Notes: generated by a model from the letters alone, not told the origin. Shown: positions 1-12,279, counted from the first letter of the stretch. The stretch is DNA of 64,000 bases from Neoconidiobolus thromboides FSU 785 (GCA_025603075.1 MU626374.1:1-64000), one strand, 5' to 3'. Numbers and translations are program-made.

Positions 1-486
1 TAAAACTAAAATTTAAGCTAGATATCATGAAAAGAATAAGAAAGGGCAGTTAAAAGTGATAAACATAACGATCTAATATGCTAAACTATAATAATTTAAG
101 ACAATTTTGTCTTAAATTATTATAAAACGATAACATGGTAACTATAATATTTATTTGTATAAAAGAACATTTGAATTTGATCTTCGGTTTATAAATGCTA
201 GAGTAACTTACTGTGTTGATTTGCTAAAACTCGAAAACAACAAATAACATTAAAGGCCCGAAGTTTTTACCAAAAGCATTAAATAAAATTTGGGCTTTTT
301 CATGATTGATAAGCCTTATTTTACGAGTATTATTTTATAATAAAATAAAAATTTGTTATAATTAAAGTTACTTTTGAAGCTATGTATAGTGTAGTGAACA
401 ATACCAGAAATCAAAAAGGTATATAAACAAGAAAATAATGAACAAAAAAATCATCAAAAAATATATTCAAAACAAACAAATAAACA

Positions 487-1005
487 ATGAAATTCGCTTC
501 TGTCTTCCTTTTATCTTTAGTAGCTTTAGGTTACGCTAATGGTGCAGCTCAATCAACTCCTAGTATTCCACCAGCAGGTGAAATTATAACACCAACTTTG
601 GATACTACTCAAAAGAGTAATGTTCAAGGAAGAACTTTTGGTTTAATTGCTCATGTCTTAAAGACAACATTTAACTTATTATTTGGTAATTACAATGGAG
701 GTCATTATGGAAATGGAGGATATTACAATGGTTATCCATATTATAGCGGTATTACAGGATGGAATGGAGCTAATCAATTTTATGGAGCTGTTGATAATTA
801 CTATACTATCTATTCTCCAAGTATTAACTATATTAATAATGGTGATGGCACTTATACTCTTACTATTTATGGTATTAACGGAGTACAAAATGCATCTACT
901 CTCAGACTTATTTGTCCTGCCAATACTTTTAGAATTAGTAGATCTGGTAGTGGTTATCTCTGTCAGCTTCAACAAGATGCTTCTTGTAATGTCAACTATA
1001 TTTAA
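487..1005 (+). CDS. Secreted small protein, Gly/Tyr/Asn-rich, function unknown
   Basis: Single-exon 172 aa ORF; hydrophobic signal peptide MKFASVFLLSLVALGYA; TATA-like ATATAAA at 421; G/Y/N-rich middle and three C-terminal Cys. No family recognised. Confidence 0.75.
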   Translation: MKFASVFLLSLVALGYANGAAQSTPSIPPAGEIITPTLDTTQKSNVQGRTFGLIAHVLKTTFNLLFGNYNGGHYGNGGYYNGYPYYSGITGWNGANQFYGAVDNYYTIYSPSINYINNGDGTYTLTIYGINGVQNASTLRLICPANTFRISRSGSGYLCQLQQDASCNVNYI

Positions 1006-2539
1006 AAAATAAACTATTATTATATATTATATATCTTTAAATTTTATTTGATCCTATAATTAACTTTTCAAATAACTAAAACTAAGATTAAGACAACAGT
1101 TTATAAAGCACTATAACCTTTTTATTTTTCAAATAGATATTTGAACCTGAGCTTATAATTTATGTTTTAGTTTTAATAATAATACGAAATAATTCTAATT
1201 TTATAAATTATAGAATCCAATAAACAAATACCATATCACCCATATGGTGCATTAGTATCGCCATGAGCTTTTAAAACCAAAACAATTTAAAGTTTGTATT
1301 GTCAATTCTAACAATTAATGTTTCTGATGTTTGGTCAATGAGCGATCTAACATGATTTTTACGTTATAGGTATGTTGGTCAAAAATATCACAATAGATTA
1401 GAATTTTGCTCGAGTTTTCAATTTGGATCAATATCTTGAATATCTGTCTCTGATTATAAACGCTTGCACTTTGTCCAATAATAAAGAAATAAGGCTTGTA
1501 TACATACTATAAGTGGGAGATACAAGTCCTCTGTATATATACATAATGTTTTATAAAAAGCTTTAAAGTCTTTGGTTCAGTAATTTTATAAATTTTTATA
1601 GTAGATTTATAACATCGATTAACGATACCACAACTCATATAGTTAAAACCTTTGATTTTAAAATAATACCATTGATATTCAAAGTTTTATTAGCTTTATA
1701 AATAAGAAAGATTCTGTTTGATACGATTTCTTTGATGTCTTTTATTAGAAACTAGAAAATAATAAAGGCCAAGTCATTTGTTATATCAGTTGGTTACAAT
1801 CAATCCCAGTTCTATCTAAGGACTAAGTAATTCAGTAATAACGAATGAAGCAGCTGAAGCTCTTTTTAGTGCAACTGGGCATTTGACTTATTAATATGAA
1901 TGATAGTAGTGTCATTGTTGAAGTTAGCAGATCTATACTGATTTGAGAGTAACTGTAGTAACTAGCAATCGATTGATTTATTTCTATAATTATAATATGT
2001 ATTTGATTAGATTTAATTGAATTATATTGACTTTGACTAATTCAATATTAGCACTATTAATTTCGATCATTATAAACTTATGTTCAGTGACATAAAAGGT
2101 AAGGAATGAAACTTTATCAATACTAACCAAAGTAAGCAATGATTTTATTGGGTTTTGTATTGGTCACATTGAATCCTTTATTAAACAATACAGTTGAATT
2201 TTTGTCCTCATTCCTATCTTCTATTTTATAAGTTATATTATTTGTTAGAATAAGATTGTTCAGTTTAAAAAACCTTTCAAATACATTATCATTTAGTTTG
2301 TGCTATATTTCGAATAATGTTATTTTATTTTCAATATAATAATATTTTAGATCAAGTTTTATTATTATACTCAAGCATCCTTTTTATCATATATAATTAG
2401 TATCTCTTGAGGAATTCCATCGTTTAATTCAGTACAAGTACAATATCACCAAGTACCAATCCTTCATAGGATTTGGATACACCGATACATGATTAACCAT
2501 TATAATTAAGAGTAGTGAAATTCTTATTTCTCTTGTCAA

Positions 2540-2627
2540 TTTTTTTGTTTAAAAATTTTATTAACAATCTTTCTGGTCAAATACCGCTTAAAGGTGGAAA
2601 AGTAATGAAACCAAAAAAAACATCACC
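2540..2627 (-). mobile_element. MITE family A, copy 1 (one end degenerate)
   Basis: Matches the family core (aaataccgcttaaaggtggaaaagtaatgaaaccaaaaaaaacatcacc) and is followed by ATAT at 2628-2631; the left GGGG terminus is not recognisable, so the left boundary is approximate. Confidence 0.75.
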
Positions 2628-2893
2628 ATATAGTTAATACAAGTGCTAACCAAAAAACTTGAAAAATAGTCTGCTACGGTAAAGGTTAAAGTTGAGGAAG
2701 GTTAGAGCAGGGTTTAATTTTATTAGTTAAAACGAGTTAATTAGCTTCTGCTCACATATTACTTACTACTTGAAAACCAACACCTTATCAAAACGAATAG
2801 AAATTTGCAAAAAGACCCTTACTGTTCTTAATTGTGACCCAGTTACCTTTAAAATTATAAATGATTTTAATTTGCATTAATCTTGATTAAGTA

Positions 2894-3350
2894 ATGAGTA
2901 TTTTTGATATTGGAATACGAACTCAAACGAAAGAAGCAAGTTTAGAATTTGCTAAAGGATTAGGGTTATTACAACCACGTACATTAAACGCGTTCATTAT
3001 CAATCTTCAGTTTATTTAAAAACTTAACTTACACATGGAATAAAATCCATATTAAGATGTAATAATCGAAAATGTCAAAAAAAAACTCCATTTTACGTGG
3101 TAGTATTTTTCAAAAATCAAAACTAACAATAAGTAAAACAATAAGTTAATCAGTTGCCATTTACTTAAAATGACTATTGAAGAGGCCTCCTTACATACCC
3201 AGTTTTCAAAAAGTACAGTTATGTAATGGAATAAAAAGTTTAAAAATAGGTCAATTAGACAAATCAATTTTACTATAAAAAAATAGGTAGTAAAAACTTC
3301 ATGATCAAAGCTATCAATTTTATTTATACAAAATAGGAATAGAAAAAGAA
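2894..3350 (+). mobile_element. Decayed Merlin/ISXO2-like (IS1595-family-related) transposase, N-terminal fragment
   Basis: Across stops and frameshifts reads MSIFDIGIRTQTKEASLEFAKGLGLL...LRCNNRKCQKK/NSILRGSIFQKSKLTISK...LISCHLLKMTIEEASLHTQFSKSTVM*WNKKFKN...KKIG. This fits the Zn-ribbon RCxxxxC, SIxxGSIFxxSKL and HTH TVxxW pattern I recall for Merlin transposases. No intact DDE domain or TIRs found; end approximate. Confidence 0.6.
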
Positions 3351-3671
3351 AGCCTAGAAAGTGATGCTTAATAATTTAAATTAAAAAAATAAAGTTTATT
3401 TATGTTCCAGATATAATTCTAATAGTATTGGTTGTTTTCCCCCTAAAGGTTACAATTTTGAAATGTATTGTAAACATATCAGACTTATAAATTGGAGCTT
3501 ATCAATCATTAGCAATTAGCGTTGAAAAATATGAATAGTTGAAATACTAAAAAACACATCAACTTTTTAATGCTTTATTGACTATAATAAGCAAATAAAT
3601 AAATAAGAATACAAGATTCTTATTATAATTAATTCAGTGATAAGAGTTGCACCTTGTCAATTATTTTTAAG

Positions 3672-5509
3672 TTATTTTCTATGCCGTTTAGATTCCTTTT
3701 CTGCCTTAGTTTTGATTTCAGAATCATGTTTGATTATTGCGATTTCTCTTTCCATCATCTTTTTTTTAGATGAATTTAATATTCGATGAATATAAGCATT
3801 GATAGCATAATGCTGGGGAGATTGAACTATTTGATCATATAAAGGTTGAAATTTAATTAACTCCTTTAATTCTAAATCACTCAAACCTCCCTTATCAACT
3901 TTTTTAAGTTTTTTCTTTTCTGCCGCTTCGGCTAAGTATTCCTAAATAGTAATTATTAATTGTTTCCAAAAAAAATTCCATAGTTTGATCCTTATCTTTA
4001 TTTTACTTACCGTGATGCACTCAACACATTTTGTAACTTTATCAGAGTCTTTTTTAGATGTAAAACTAGATAGCCTAACGCTGATTTCAGATATATAAGG
4101 TGTAATCATATCATCAAAGTATAAAAGCCCTAATGCTTTAATTCCGATGATACCACCGTAGACAAATGATAGTGGATTTTTGGGATCCATAATAGCTTTA
4201 GCTAATGTAGTGAGTAATCGTTTTTTTAAATTAGGTAATCTATACTCTATCTTTACAAATATCTTTTTTATAAGTTCACATGCTTGTTTTCGAATATCCC
4301 AATGTAATAGTCCATTAACTTCATTTTTTCCTATCTTTTTTTTGAACAAACAAAGCATACACGTCATTGAAATTGGATCTAACTTTAACATAATTCAATA
4401 TTGATAATATAAATAACCATCATGCTTACGTATGGAGTACAAGTAAAGAAAGGATTAGATATTATTTTATCTAAAGCATTTAGTAAAGAATTCAAAATAG
4501 TTATAGCGCCCATGTGCTTTGAAATCTAAAAACAAATAAGTACTAAAAATAAAAATAACTTTAAATTACCGTTAAATTGATGTATTTTATTATGTAAGGT
4601 AGTAATGGCAACGCCCTTGGGTCCCTGTTTAATGCATTATATGCGGTGTTCAAGCATTCCAAGTTGCCACTAATCAAAACATCTGCAATCTCTTTAAATC
4701 TATCTTTTTGTTCTTGAGTAAGAATATACACTATTTCTGGCCTTTGTTCCAAATCTTTATCTATTATTTTTCGATTGTTTACATCCTTTTCTTTGTCATT
4801 ATTGGTAGCATTTTCATCTGTGTTATTTACAACATCTGAATTTTATTAGTATTTACTTTTTATCTTTAAGATAATCTTACATTGGTTCAAATGATTTTTT
4901 ATTTTAATAGGTACACCTTCAACTGACAGCCAATCCGCTAGTTTAAGTTATTTGAAAAAGTAATAAAGATAATTTGAAATAGAATTACCAGCCAAATAAC
5001 TATCTTCAGGTAGATCCGGAAGCGGAGAAGCTATAAATTTTTCCAAATCAATCGCTTGCTCATTTAAATAAAATATTTCATTTTTGCCATATTTCAGTTT
5101 GCCAAACTCAGCTCTATATTCAGTATTGAATCCATATATTGGCTTGATAAAAATTTTAGTTAGATATTATTAAAACACAGCAGTTTTACCTCTTCATTTT
5201 TTAATCTCAAAGCATGATTGATATCTTCGATAGTAATTGTTGTCCTTCTACCATGTTTCATAAACTTCGTAGCTTCCTTTTTATATTATATAAAGTTTAT
5301 TTTATATCAATGTAAAATTTTACCTGTATTGTTTGTTTGATTCGGAACTCAACATCATTTGCTAATGTAGATATGCTGCTTTCAGATAATGAATTAATAC
5401 CTATTGAACTTGCAGTCTCCTTTTATAATATTTTAAATGGTTTTGAAATTGAATTATTTAAGGTACATACTTCGATTGCTTCTACAGGATAGATTGAATC
5501 AGTGTCCAT
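3672..5509 (-). CDS. TAF6: TFIID/SAGA subunit TAF6 (multi-exon)
   Basis: Spliced N-terminus MDTDSIYPVEAIE|ETASSIGINSLSESSISTLANDVEFRIKQTIQ|EATKFMKHGRRTTITIEDINHAL is the TAF6 histone fold. Downstream LPLLPYII and HWDIRKQAC...RLLTTLAK...YGGIIGIKALG match the HEAT region. Canonical GT-AG introns; stop TAA at 3672-3674. Confidence 0.93.
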
Positions 5510-5733
5510 TTAATAAAAGTTTAGCATTAATCAAACAATATGGCTTAAATAAGTTTAAATTTATTAATCTCAATTTAGTGATAAAATTTTATGAAATTTT
5601 GGACAAACCAAAATGAACAAATCCAATCCTTAGTAGTCATAGAACTAGTTTTAGACCAAGTAAAATTCAAAGTGTATAAATTCATTAGTTAAAATCTTAA
5701 TCTTTCTTTTGAATTTCTTGAAATTTTCAAACT
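5510..5733. promoter_or_regulatory. Putative bidirectional promoter between TAF6 and TFA2
   Basis: 224 bp between two divergent ATGs (5509 minus, 5734 plus); contains a CCAAT motif (aatccaatcc near 5680). Confidence 0.65.
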
Positions 5734-6877
5734 ATGGGAGGACAAGATAAGCTATTAGATGATGCAAAAAAATTCCGACGGGCAATAGCTAGTCAAGAGG
5801 TTTTTAGTAAGCCAGTAATTCGGCCTATGGCTGATAAATATGGCCTTAACAGAGGGAAAGGGAATAAAATTCAGAGTTTAGCTGAAGAAGAAGAAAAGAA
5901 GCAAAAAGCAGAAGAGAGGAAGCGTATGATTAAAGAAAGTAAACATGATTGAAAATTGATCTTCTTTTCTAATATCTTCAACTTAGGCCAATCAAAGGGT
6001 ATTGCCCCAAAAGCTTCTATGAGTTCGGCATATGAAGCTATTGAATTATTAAAAGTAATAACTCCATTGTTTTGAATTGGTTAATATTAAATTGAACTTA
6101 GAGAACACGTGAACCCAAAACAATTAAACAAATAATCAAGGAGCTTAATCTCGATGAATGGGAAGAAGCTGGGTTATATAGTTTTTTAACAGGTACTGAT
6201 AAAGCCACACATAATCTTACGAATGATACATTTGAGTTTAAAGTAAATTTTAACCAAAAAGTCATGGAACTACTAATTATATAAGCCCGATCATGATGTC
6301 AAAAACTGTGAAGATTTATTAAGAATTGTTCACTCACAATATAGAGATAATTTAAATGGGGAAGATGATTCACCAATTGCTTTTGAAATGAAAAAACTCA
6401 TTGAATGTGCACAAGATCCAATTCCTTTTGCTGAAGAACTTTTAGCTAAAAATCAAGTGTACGCTTTTAGAGGAAAAGAACAGGTGATTAAAAATTTGTA
6501 TTATAATACATATACTGCACCATGTGAACTTGCTTCTGGTATAAATCCATCAACCTAAATTTCAATAGCATTGATTGTTTTTTATTTAGAATTTAAAAAT
6601 ATGTGGAAGAAACTTAAGATCCCAGATGAAGCGGATCTTATCTCACAAATGGAGAAAAGTAAGTAAAATGAAATTTAGTCGTTTTCTTTTATTGATCTTA
6701 TTATAGAGGGTCTAAGGACTATGGAGACCTTTGTTAAAAAGGAACTTCCAGAGGTAATTAGAATTAGTTATTTAATGTCATAAACTATAAAAAAATTTGA
6801 AGGATACTAAACCAATTATTAAAAAACCTCGTCAATCGAATCGTAAGCAAAAGGTTACCAATACTCATTTGCTTTAA
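5734..6877 (+). CDS. TFA2: Transcription initiation factor TFIIE beta subunit (multi-exon)
   Basis: Exons joined by GT-AG introns give ...FEFK|PDHDVKNCEDLL...EFKNMWKKLKIPDEADLISQMEK|GLRTME...KKPRQSNRKQKVTNTHLL*, matching the Tfa2 C-terminal pattern (EFxKMW, KITNTH). Most exons are missing from the ORF track; the first donor site is ambiguous. Confidence 0.88.
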
Positions 6878-7551
6878 ATGACAGATTCTATTTAAAAAAG
6901 AGTATACCCTCTTAGCCTTACTGCACTTTAATTTTCAAATGGAGTACCTTAACGCTATACAACCTTACCACTTATAACGAACCGAGTTTTATTCTTATTA
7001 TGAACTATAATAATAAATATATATGCTACATGAAAGCTCTGTACAAAGTAGCTTACTAAATTACATTATTTCTATCTGTTAGTTCTCATAGCTTTAACCT
7101 GAATTCTTTGAATTCTATAAATTATTGAAAATAGATATTTTTAAAAATTAACATTAAGTATACATGTTGTTTAGTCTTACATGCTAGCCACTTAATTTTT
7201 GCATAATATTAGTGTATAATACTCAGTTATAAACGTTTACAATTTTAAGTTAAAGATTTAACTTAAAATAAGGTTCAAATAGATATAAAACAAAACTTAA
7301 ATCCTCCTCTTCAATAGTTAAAAGGAATAAAGTTTAAACTCGTTTTCAATTGAATATTTTTACTTCTTCCACTGTCTAAAAGACTTACAATCTTTTTTTT
7401 CTTTTTGTCATTTTGTTTGCTTTTTAAGAATAAAAGATGGAAAATCATTAGATAATTTTTTGAAAAAAATATCCCCCAAAAAATTGTCAATTGTAAAATA
7501 TAAACTATAAAAATTATAAAGTCCAATTTAAATTGTTAATGTATTTATATC

Positions 7552-7595
7552 ATATATTATATATTGTATATTATATTATATATTATATATTATAT
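7552..7595. repeat. Degenerate (TATAT)n simple repeat
   Basis: atatattatatattgtatattatattatatattatatattatat read directly. Confidence 0.7.
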
Positions 7596-8353
7596 CATCA
7601 TAAAAATGGATACTTTTTTATTATTGATTGTTTGAGCGAGTAGCTCGTGAGTCTTGTGTTTGAGTAAAAGCTGGACATTTTCATGTTTTTATTAAAATAG
7701 CTTCGAAGAAATATATAGAAATTGCTTTTGAAACTTCCTTAAGTGGCGAAGGGGGCTCATTCCACTATAATAAGTTTTTTGTGATATCAAAAAAATTCAC
7801 ACTGTTTTTGATTATTTAGAATCAATCCAAAAATTCCACTATTTTATAAATAATAAAATGGAAAAATTAAAAATTACTATCATAAGAATGATAAAGTTTA
7901 ATATATAATGCCGCATAAGAACATGGAGGGATTAATATGTGTTCTCTTAATAAGTTTACTGTAATGAAAATAAGAATAGATTATGGAACTTTGATGGAGA
8001 AATAATAATTTGGCCATGAATTAAGTTGATAGATAATAGTATAGTATTTTGATAAGTAATATATGTACTATATGCCATTGATTATAATAAATAATAACTA
8101 ATAAAGAACAGGTTAAAAAGGATATCCATTATTGAAAAGGAAGCTTAATTTCAAGATTTTTTGAGCATAGAATTTATTCTTTATTTTTGTTATAATTTAA
8201 GAAGCCAATTTCTAGTTAAATAATATGACGGACAAATTTTAACACGGAGGATTGAATTGAATGGGAAAATTATATAAATCAAACAAAAGCTCTTGAAAGT
8301 CATTGATTTTTATTTTCAACTGAATTATTAAATAAATAAGAAAAAAAGAAAGC

Positions 8354-9097
8354 ATGAGTACTACTGATACTACACCTCAAATATCGGATGAAGCGATGGA
8401 TCAAGGGATGAGTTTATTAGAAGAACTAATGACTAAACTTTCTGGTGTTGCATTTGGTACCTTACTTGCTATGGGTATTATTATGTTTATAATTGGTACT
8501 ATATTACTTGTAAAAAATCGACGAGCTATCAAAATTTTATATTTTTATTCAGGCTTAAAATTTTTTACAATGTTATCTTTTATGATTGGTTTATTTATAT
8601 TATCTAAAAAGGAAGTGGAAACTTCTACTCCATTTTTTATATTAGGCGGTTCAAGTTTAGCAGTGGGTTTAGTTGGTGCTGTTATTTCAGCTTGTTTCGG
8701 TCGATTTGGTATAATTGTGTTGGGTTTACAAGCTGGTTGGTCTATTTGGTCTATATTTTCTGTATTTATAAAAAATCAAATAGTTAATTTATCTGTGGGA
8801 TTAGTTGTTGCTGTTATATTTGCTATTATCTGTGGTGTATTTAAACGACCAATGGAAATTTTGATTGCTTCTTTTACAGGTGCTAATAACTTTTCTTTTG
8901 GTTTATTATATATTATTGTTTCGATCCTTGGTTTTGCTGGTTCCCCCGCATTAGCTTTTGAAAAAGCTTTCCCTTATGGTTCGATTGCTGCTTTAGTTTT
9001 AACTCTAATCCTCTTTATTGTTTCTATGTGGTATCATTATTCTGCTTTTGTAGATGCAAGAAGAGCAGAACATCAACCACTTATGGCTGAAGTTTAA
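8354..9097 (+). CDS. Multi-pass membrane protein, DUF4203/TM7S3-TM198-like, paralog 1 (intronless)
   Basis: 247 aa with about 6-7 Gly-rich hydrophobic segments; TATATAAA at 8271; clear paralog of 51446..52279 (KNRRAIKILYFYSG vs VNRRLIKFLYFVSG; FKRPMEILIASFTG vs FKNPIEVVLAAFTG). Family label is from recall, not a search. Confidence 0.8.
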   Translation: MSTTDTTPQISDEAMDQGMSLLEELMTKLSGVAFGTLLAMGIIMFIIGTILLVKNRRAIKILYFYSGLKFFTMLSFMIGLFILSKKEVETSTPFFILGGSSLAVGLVGAVISACFGRFGIIVLGLQAGWSIWSIFSVFIKNQIVNLSVGLVVAVIFAIICGVFKRPMEILIASFTGANNFSFGLLYIIVSILGFAGSPALAFEKAFPYGSIAALVLTLILFIVSMWYHYSAFVDARRAEHQPLMAEV

Positions 9098-9964
9098 ATA
9101 TTCTTATATTTGTCTATAATTTATATATGAAATTTCAATATAAAAAAATTGTAAATTTATAATTATCTAATTTGTCTTAATTATTATTATTTTAAAAATA
9201 CAGTAAATTGAATTCATATTATTTAATATTGTAAAACTTGATTTTATTGAAATTATAATGAAAAAATGCTATTATTTTTTTAAACATACCAGCTCAATAA
9301 AGACAAGGTAGTGGTTTATTTCAGGAATATCAAAATTAGAAATAGCTCATTCAATGTGTGACCCAATCAATAGGTATTAGGAGGGAGAGAGACAAGGACT
9401 ATGCAACCATTTATAACCTTTTTTAGATCTAGAGGCACCATGAAAATATGTTTACATCTCCTGAAGAATAATGCTATTACTTTTAAAGTTGGCTCTCTTA
9501 GAATTAGGTATTTTATTCCTTTTTATTTCTTTTTCCACAATTTAAGTAAAGCATTGAATGGAAACCTTAGCAACATTTGATAAAGATAAAAAAAATCCAA
9601 AAAGACGACAAACGAAATAAATAAAAAGCCAAGAATATTCTTTGATTTTATAGACAATTTTTTGCAACCTGTAGTAAAAATAATTCTAACAATGGGACTT
9701 GCACCTAGTTCAATAACTAACCTGGGATCTTCTAGAGTAGTTTGGTCATCCTTCTATAAGAAAGACTCAACCATTAAAACACCTGGGGATGTCCGGATTG
9801 GTTTCATTCTTTATTCACTTTTTAAATATCGCCTATATACTTATTATAATTATCTGATGTTTAAGTTTAATTTTATACTTTATTATAAAAAATTAAATAG
9901 CATTTTAAAGCAATCCTGATATAAGGGTAAAACTGATTTTTTTAATTACTTTTAATTATCATAT

Positions 9965-10062
9965 GGGGATGTTTTTTTAGTTTAGTTACTTTTTCCATCT
10001 TTTAAGCACTATTTGAGTGGAAAGACTGTTGGTAAAATTCTTAAATACAAAAATATATCCTC
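9965..10062 (+). mobile_element. MITE family A, copy 2 (98 bp)
   Basis: GGGGATGTTTTTT...AAAAATATATCCTC termini, flanked by ATAT on both sides (9961-9964 and 10063-10066). Confidence 0.9.
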
Positions 10063-10539
10063 ATATTTTATTTATTATAGTTTAATATTTTTGATAAATA
10101 AGCTAAATATATAAAAATGTATTTTTTATTTAAAAATTTTATTGATAGCTTTTTTATTCAAATACATTTAAGAAATAGAAAAAGAACAAAATTAGAAAAG
10201 CATTCTTATATAGTTGATTTAGAAACTAAACTTCTTAATATACCCAGTTATTTTAAATTTAGAAAGTAAATAAACATTAAAAAAAGTTTTTTAGTTGTTT
10301 TTTAAATTAATTAAAGTTAGGCAAGAAACTAATAGCACTTTTATTTTTATTTTTATTTAAAAAAAGCTTTAATTGGTTTTTAGATTTTTAACAGTTTTTT
10401 TGTTTTCTTATTACGCCAGATTCTGCTATAATAAATAATACCTTTTTTTAAACCCAGTTTGATATTTTTTAATTATTTTCCCTGATTTAAGCTAACTGTT
10501 TAATCCCTTGTTTTAATAAAAATGCTTTAAGCTTCAATA

Positions 10540-11167
10540 TGTGGAATCTGATACTCAGTGTTTAGAGTCAAGAACAGCTATTGCTGGGTTGATTACATTA
10601 TAAGTCGAAAGGTCTTAGTTTATGTAACTAAGATAGACTTGACTTATGAAGAATAGCATGTAATAGGCTACAGATTATTTAAAACAAATAGAATAGATGA
10701 TACTGTGAAATATCCCTTTGTCAGTCCCATGGTTAGTTATAGCATAACAATCGCCTAAGCTGTTGTGTTCTCGAGTTCAGAGAAAATCAATCCCACGTTC
10801 TTAGTTTGATTTGCTATGAGAATTTCTAGCTCCATCTCAAAGAACATCATCTTCTCATTTTGATATTTATACTTTTCAGAGTATAAAAGAGTTTACAAAG
10901 TATAGTAATTCGAGGCTTTTTAACTGTATTATTTCCTGATATCTCGTACATTTAATAAAACCACTAAGTTTTCTTAATAGTGTTTTACGTAGATTTTACA
11001 TTAGTGTTGTCTATTCTGTTTGTCTTATATAGCTTGTAACCTATTACGTCCTATTCCTCATAACCCGAGTCTATCTTAGTTACATAAACTAAGACTTTTC
11101 GACTTATAGTGTAATCAACCCATCAATGGCTGTTCTTGACTCTAAACACTGAGTACCAGATTTCACA
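10540..11167. mobile_element. Non-autonomous long-TIR DNA element (TGT..ACA termini, Ginger-like or foldback)
   Basis: 10540-10704 is the reverse complement of 11003-11167 (about 165 bp, about 22 mismatches by manual alignment); termini TGTG..CACA; flanks AATA/AATT; no internal ORF. Confidence 0.85.
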
Positions 11168-11453
11168 AATTATATCATTATATGGTATATATTTTTAATT
11201 AGTACCTAACTTTAGCTTTATTTTTATTTATAAATTTTTATAAGCTGTATAGTTAATCAATAATGATCAATAATATAATAACAGTTTATCGTTATTGAAT
11301 AATCTAAAATTAGATTTAATAAAAAGTATTGACTAAATAAGCAGTATTTTTTTAAATAAAATATTAGTTTTTATTAAACAGATTGCTAACTAAATTTAAT
11401 CAGATATAAGCACTAATTTTAATCCCCCTAACCTAGCTTTATTAAGAATATAT

Positions 11454-11551
11454 GGGGCTGTTTTTTTTAGTTTCATTATTTTTCCATTTTTTAAGCACTA
11501 TTTGAGCAGAAAGTTTGTTAGTAAAATTCTTAAACACAAAAGTATATCCCC
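11454..11551 (+). mobile_element. MITE family A, copy 3 (98 bp)
   Basis: GGGGCTGTTTT...AGTATATCCCC; flanks ATAT/AGAT. Confidence 0.9.
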
Positions 11552-11803
11552 AGATATTACTTGGTTTGATGTCAAAAGCGTATAGCCATTTAAAAAATAA
11601 ATTAAAGGAAGTGAATTTTTTTGATGTCAACCCGTATTATATACTGAAGGGTTTAATACTAAATCGATGTCTTTATATGTATGTGAAATTATAAGAGAAA
11701 TTAATACATATGAAAATAATAATAGCTTAAATGAATAAAAAAAATATCATACTCTTTTAAATTGTATCCAATTCACAAGATCGTCCCTTTAGGAATAAAA
11801 TAT

Positions 11804-11899
11804 GGGGCTGTTTTTTTGGCTTCATTACTTTTTCTCTTTCAAGCGCTATTTGAGCTCAAAATTTGTTAGTAAAAGTCTTAAATATAAAAATACGTCCCC
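11804..11899 (+). mobile_element. MITE family A, copy 4 (96 bp)
   Basis: GGGGCTGTTTT...AATACGTCCCC; flanks ATAT/ATAT. Confidence 0.9.
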
Positions 11900-12279
11900 A
11901 TATTCTAATAATAGTAGGTTTGTTTTTTATCAGTCGTCACGAGTTTGATATATATACTATTTATTATGTCCTGGTTAATATGAAAAATTAAAAAAATAGC
12001 AATCTAATATTATATGTTATCAATTAAAACCATTTAACGATATAACAGAAGGTAATAACTATCCAGAGTTAAAGAAATGAATTTACTCTTATACTCCTAA
12101 TGCATAGATTGTTTTAATTGTTAGTGGTCGTTTTAAATATTTATAGTTTAGATCAAGTTTTGAGAAAAAAATATTCACACGGAATTAAACAAAAAAAACT
12201 ATTATTTATTATAAAATCATAAATTACTATTATTTAGAACATTTTAGGATTAATTAACTTTTACTTTAGTTCATATCTT

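Noticed and set aside
1210-2500. Coding-like minus-strand tract, possibly a decayed F-box-type gene
   Set aside because: Only short fragments between many stops; no motif strong enough to name a family.
10540-11167. RIP (repeat-induced point mutation) as the cause of repeat decay
   Set aside because: Mismatches between the TIR arms are mostly transitions (about 18 of 22 by hand), but contexts are mixed (CpA, CpC, CpG, CpT) with no CpA dominance. General deamination or AT bias explains it.
9961-11903. Repeated ~97 bp units as a CRISPR-like or tandem array
   Set aside because: Copies are dispersed in both orientations with individual TSDs and no regular spacers; there are no cas genes and the host is a eukaryote.
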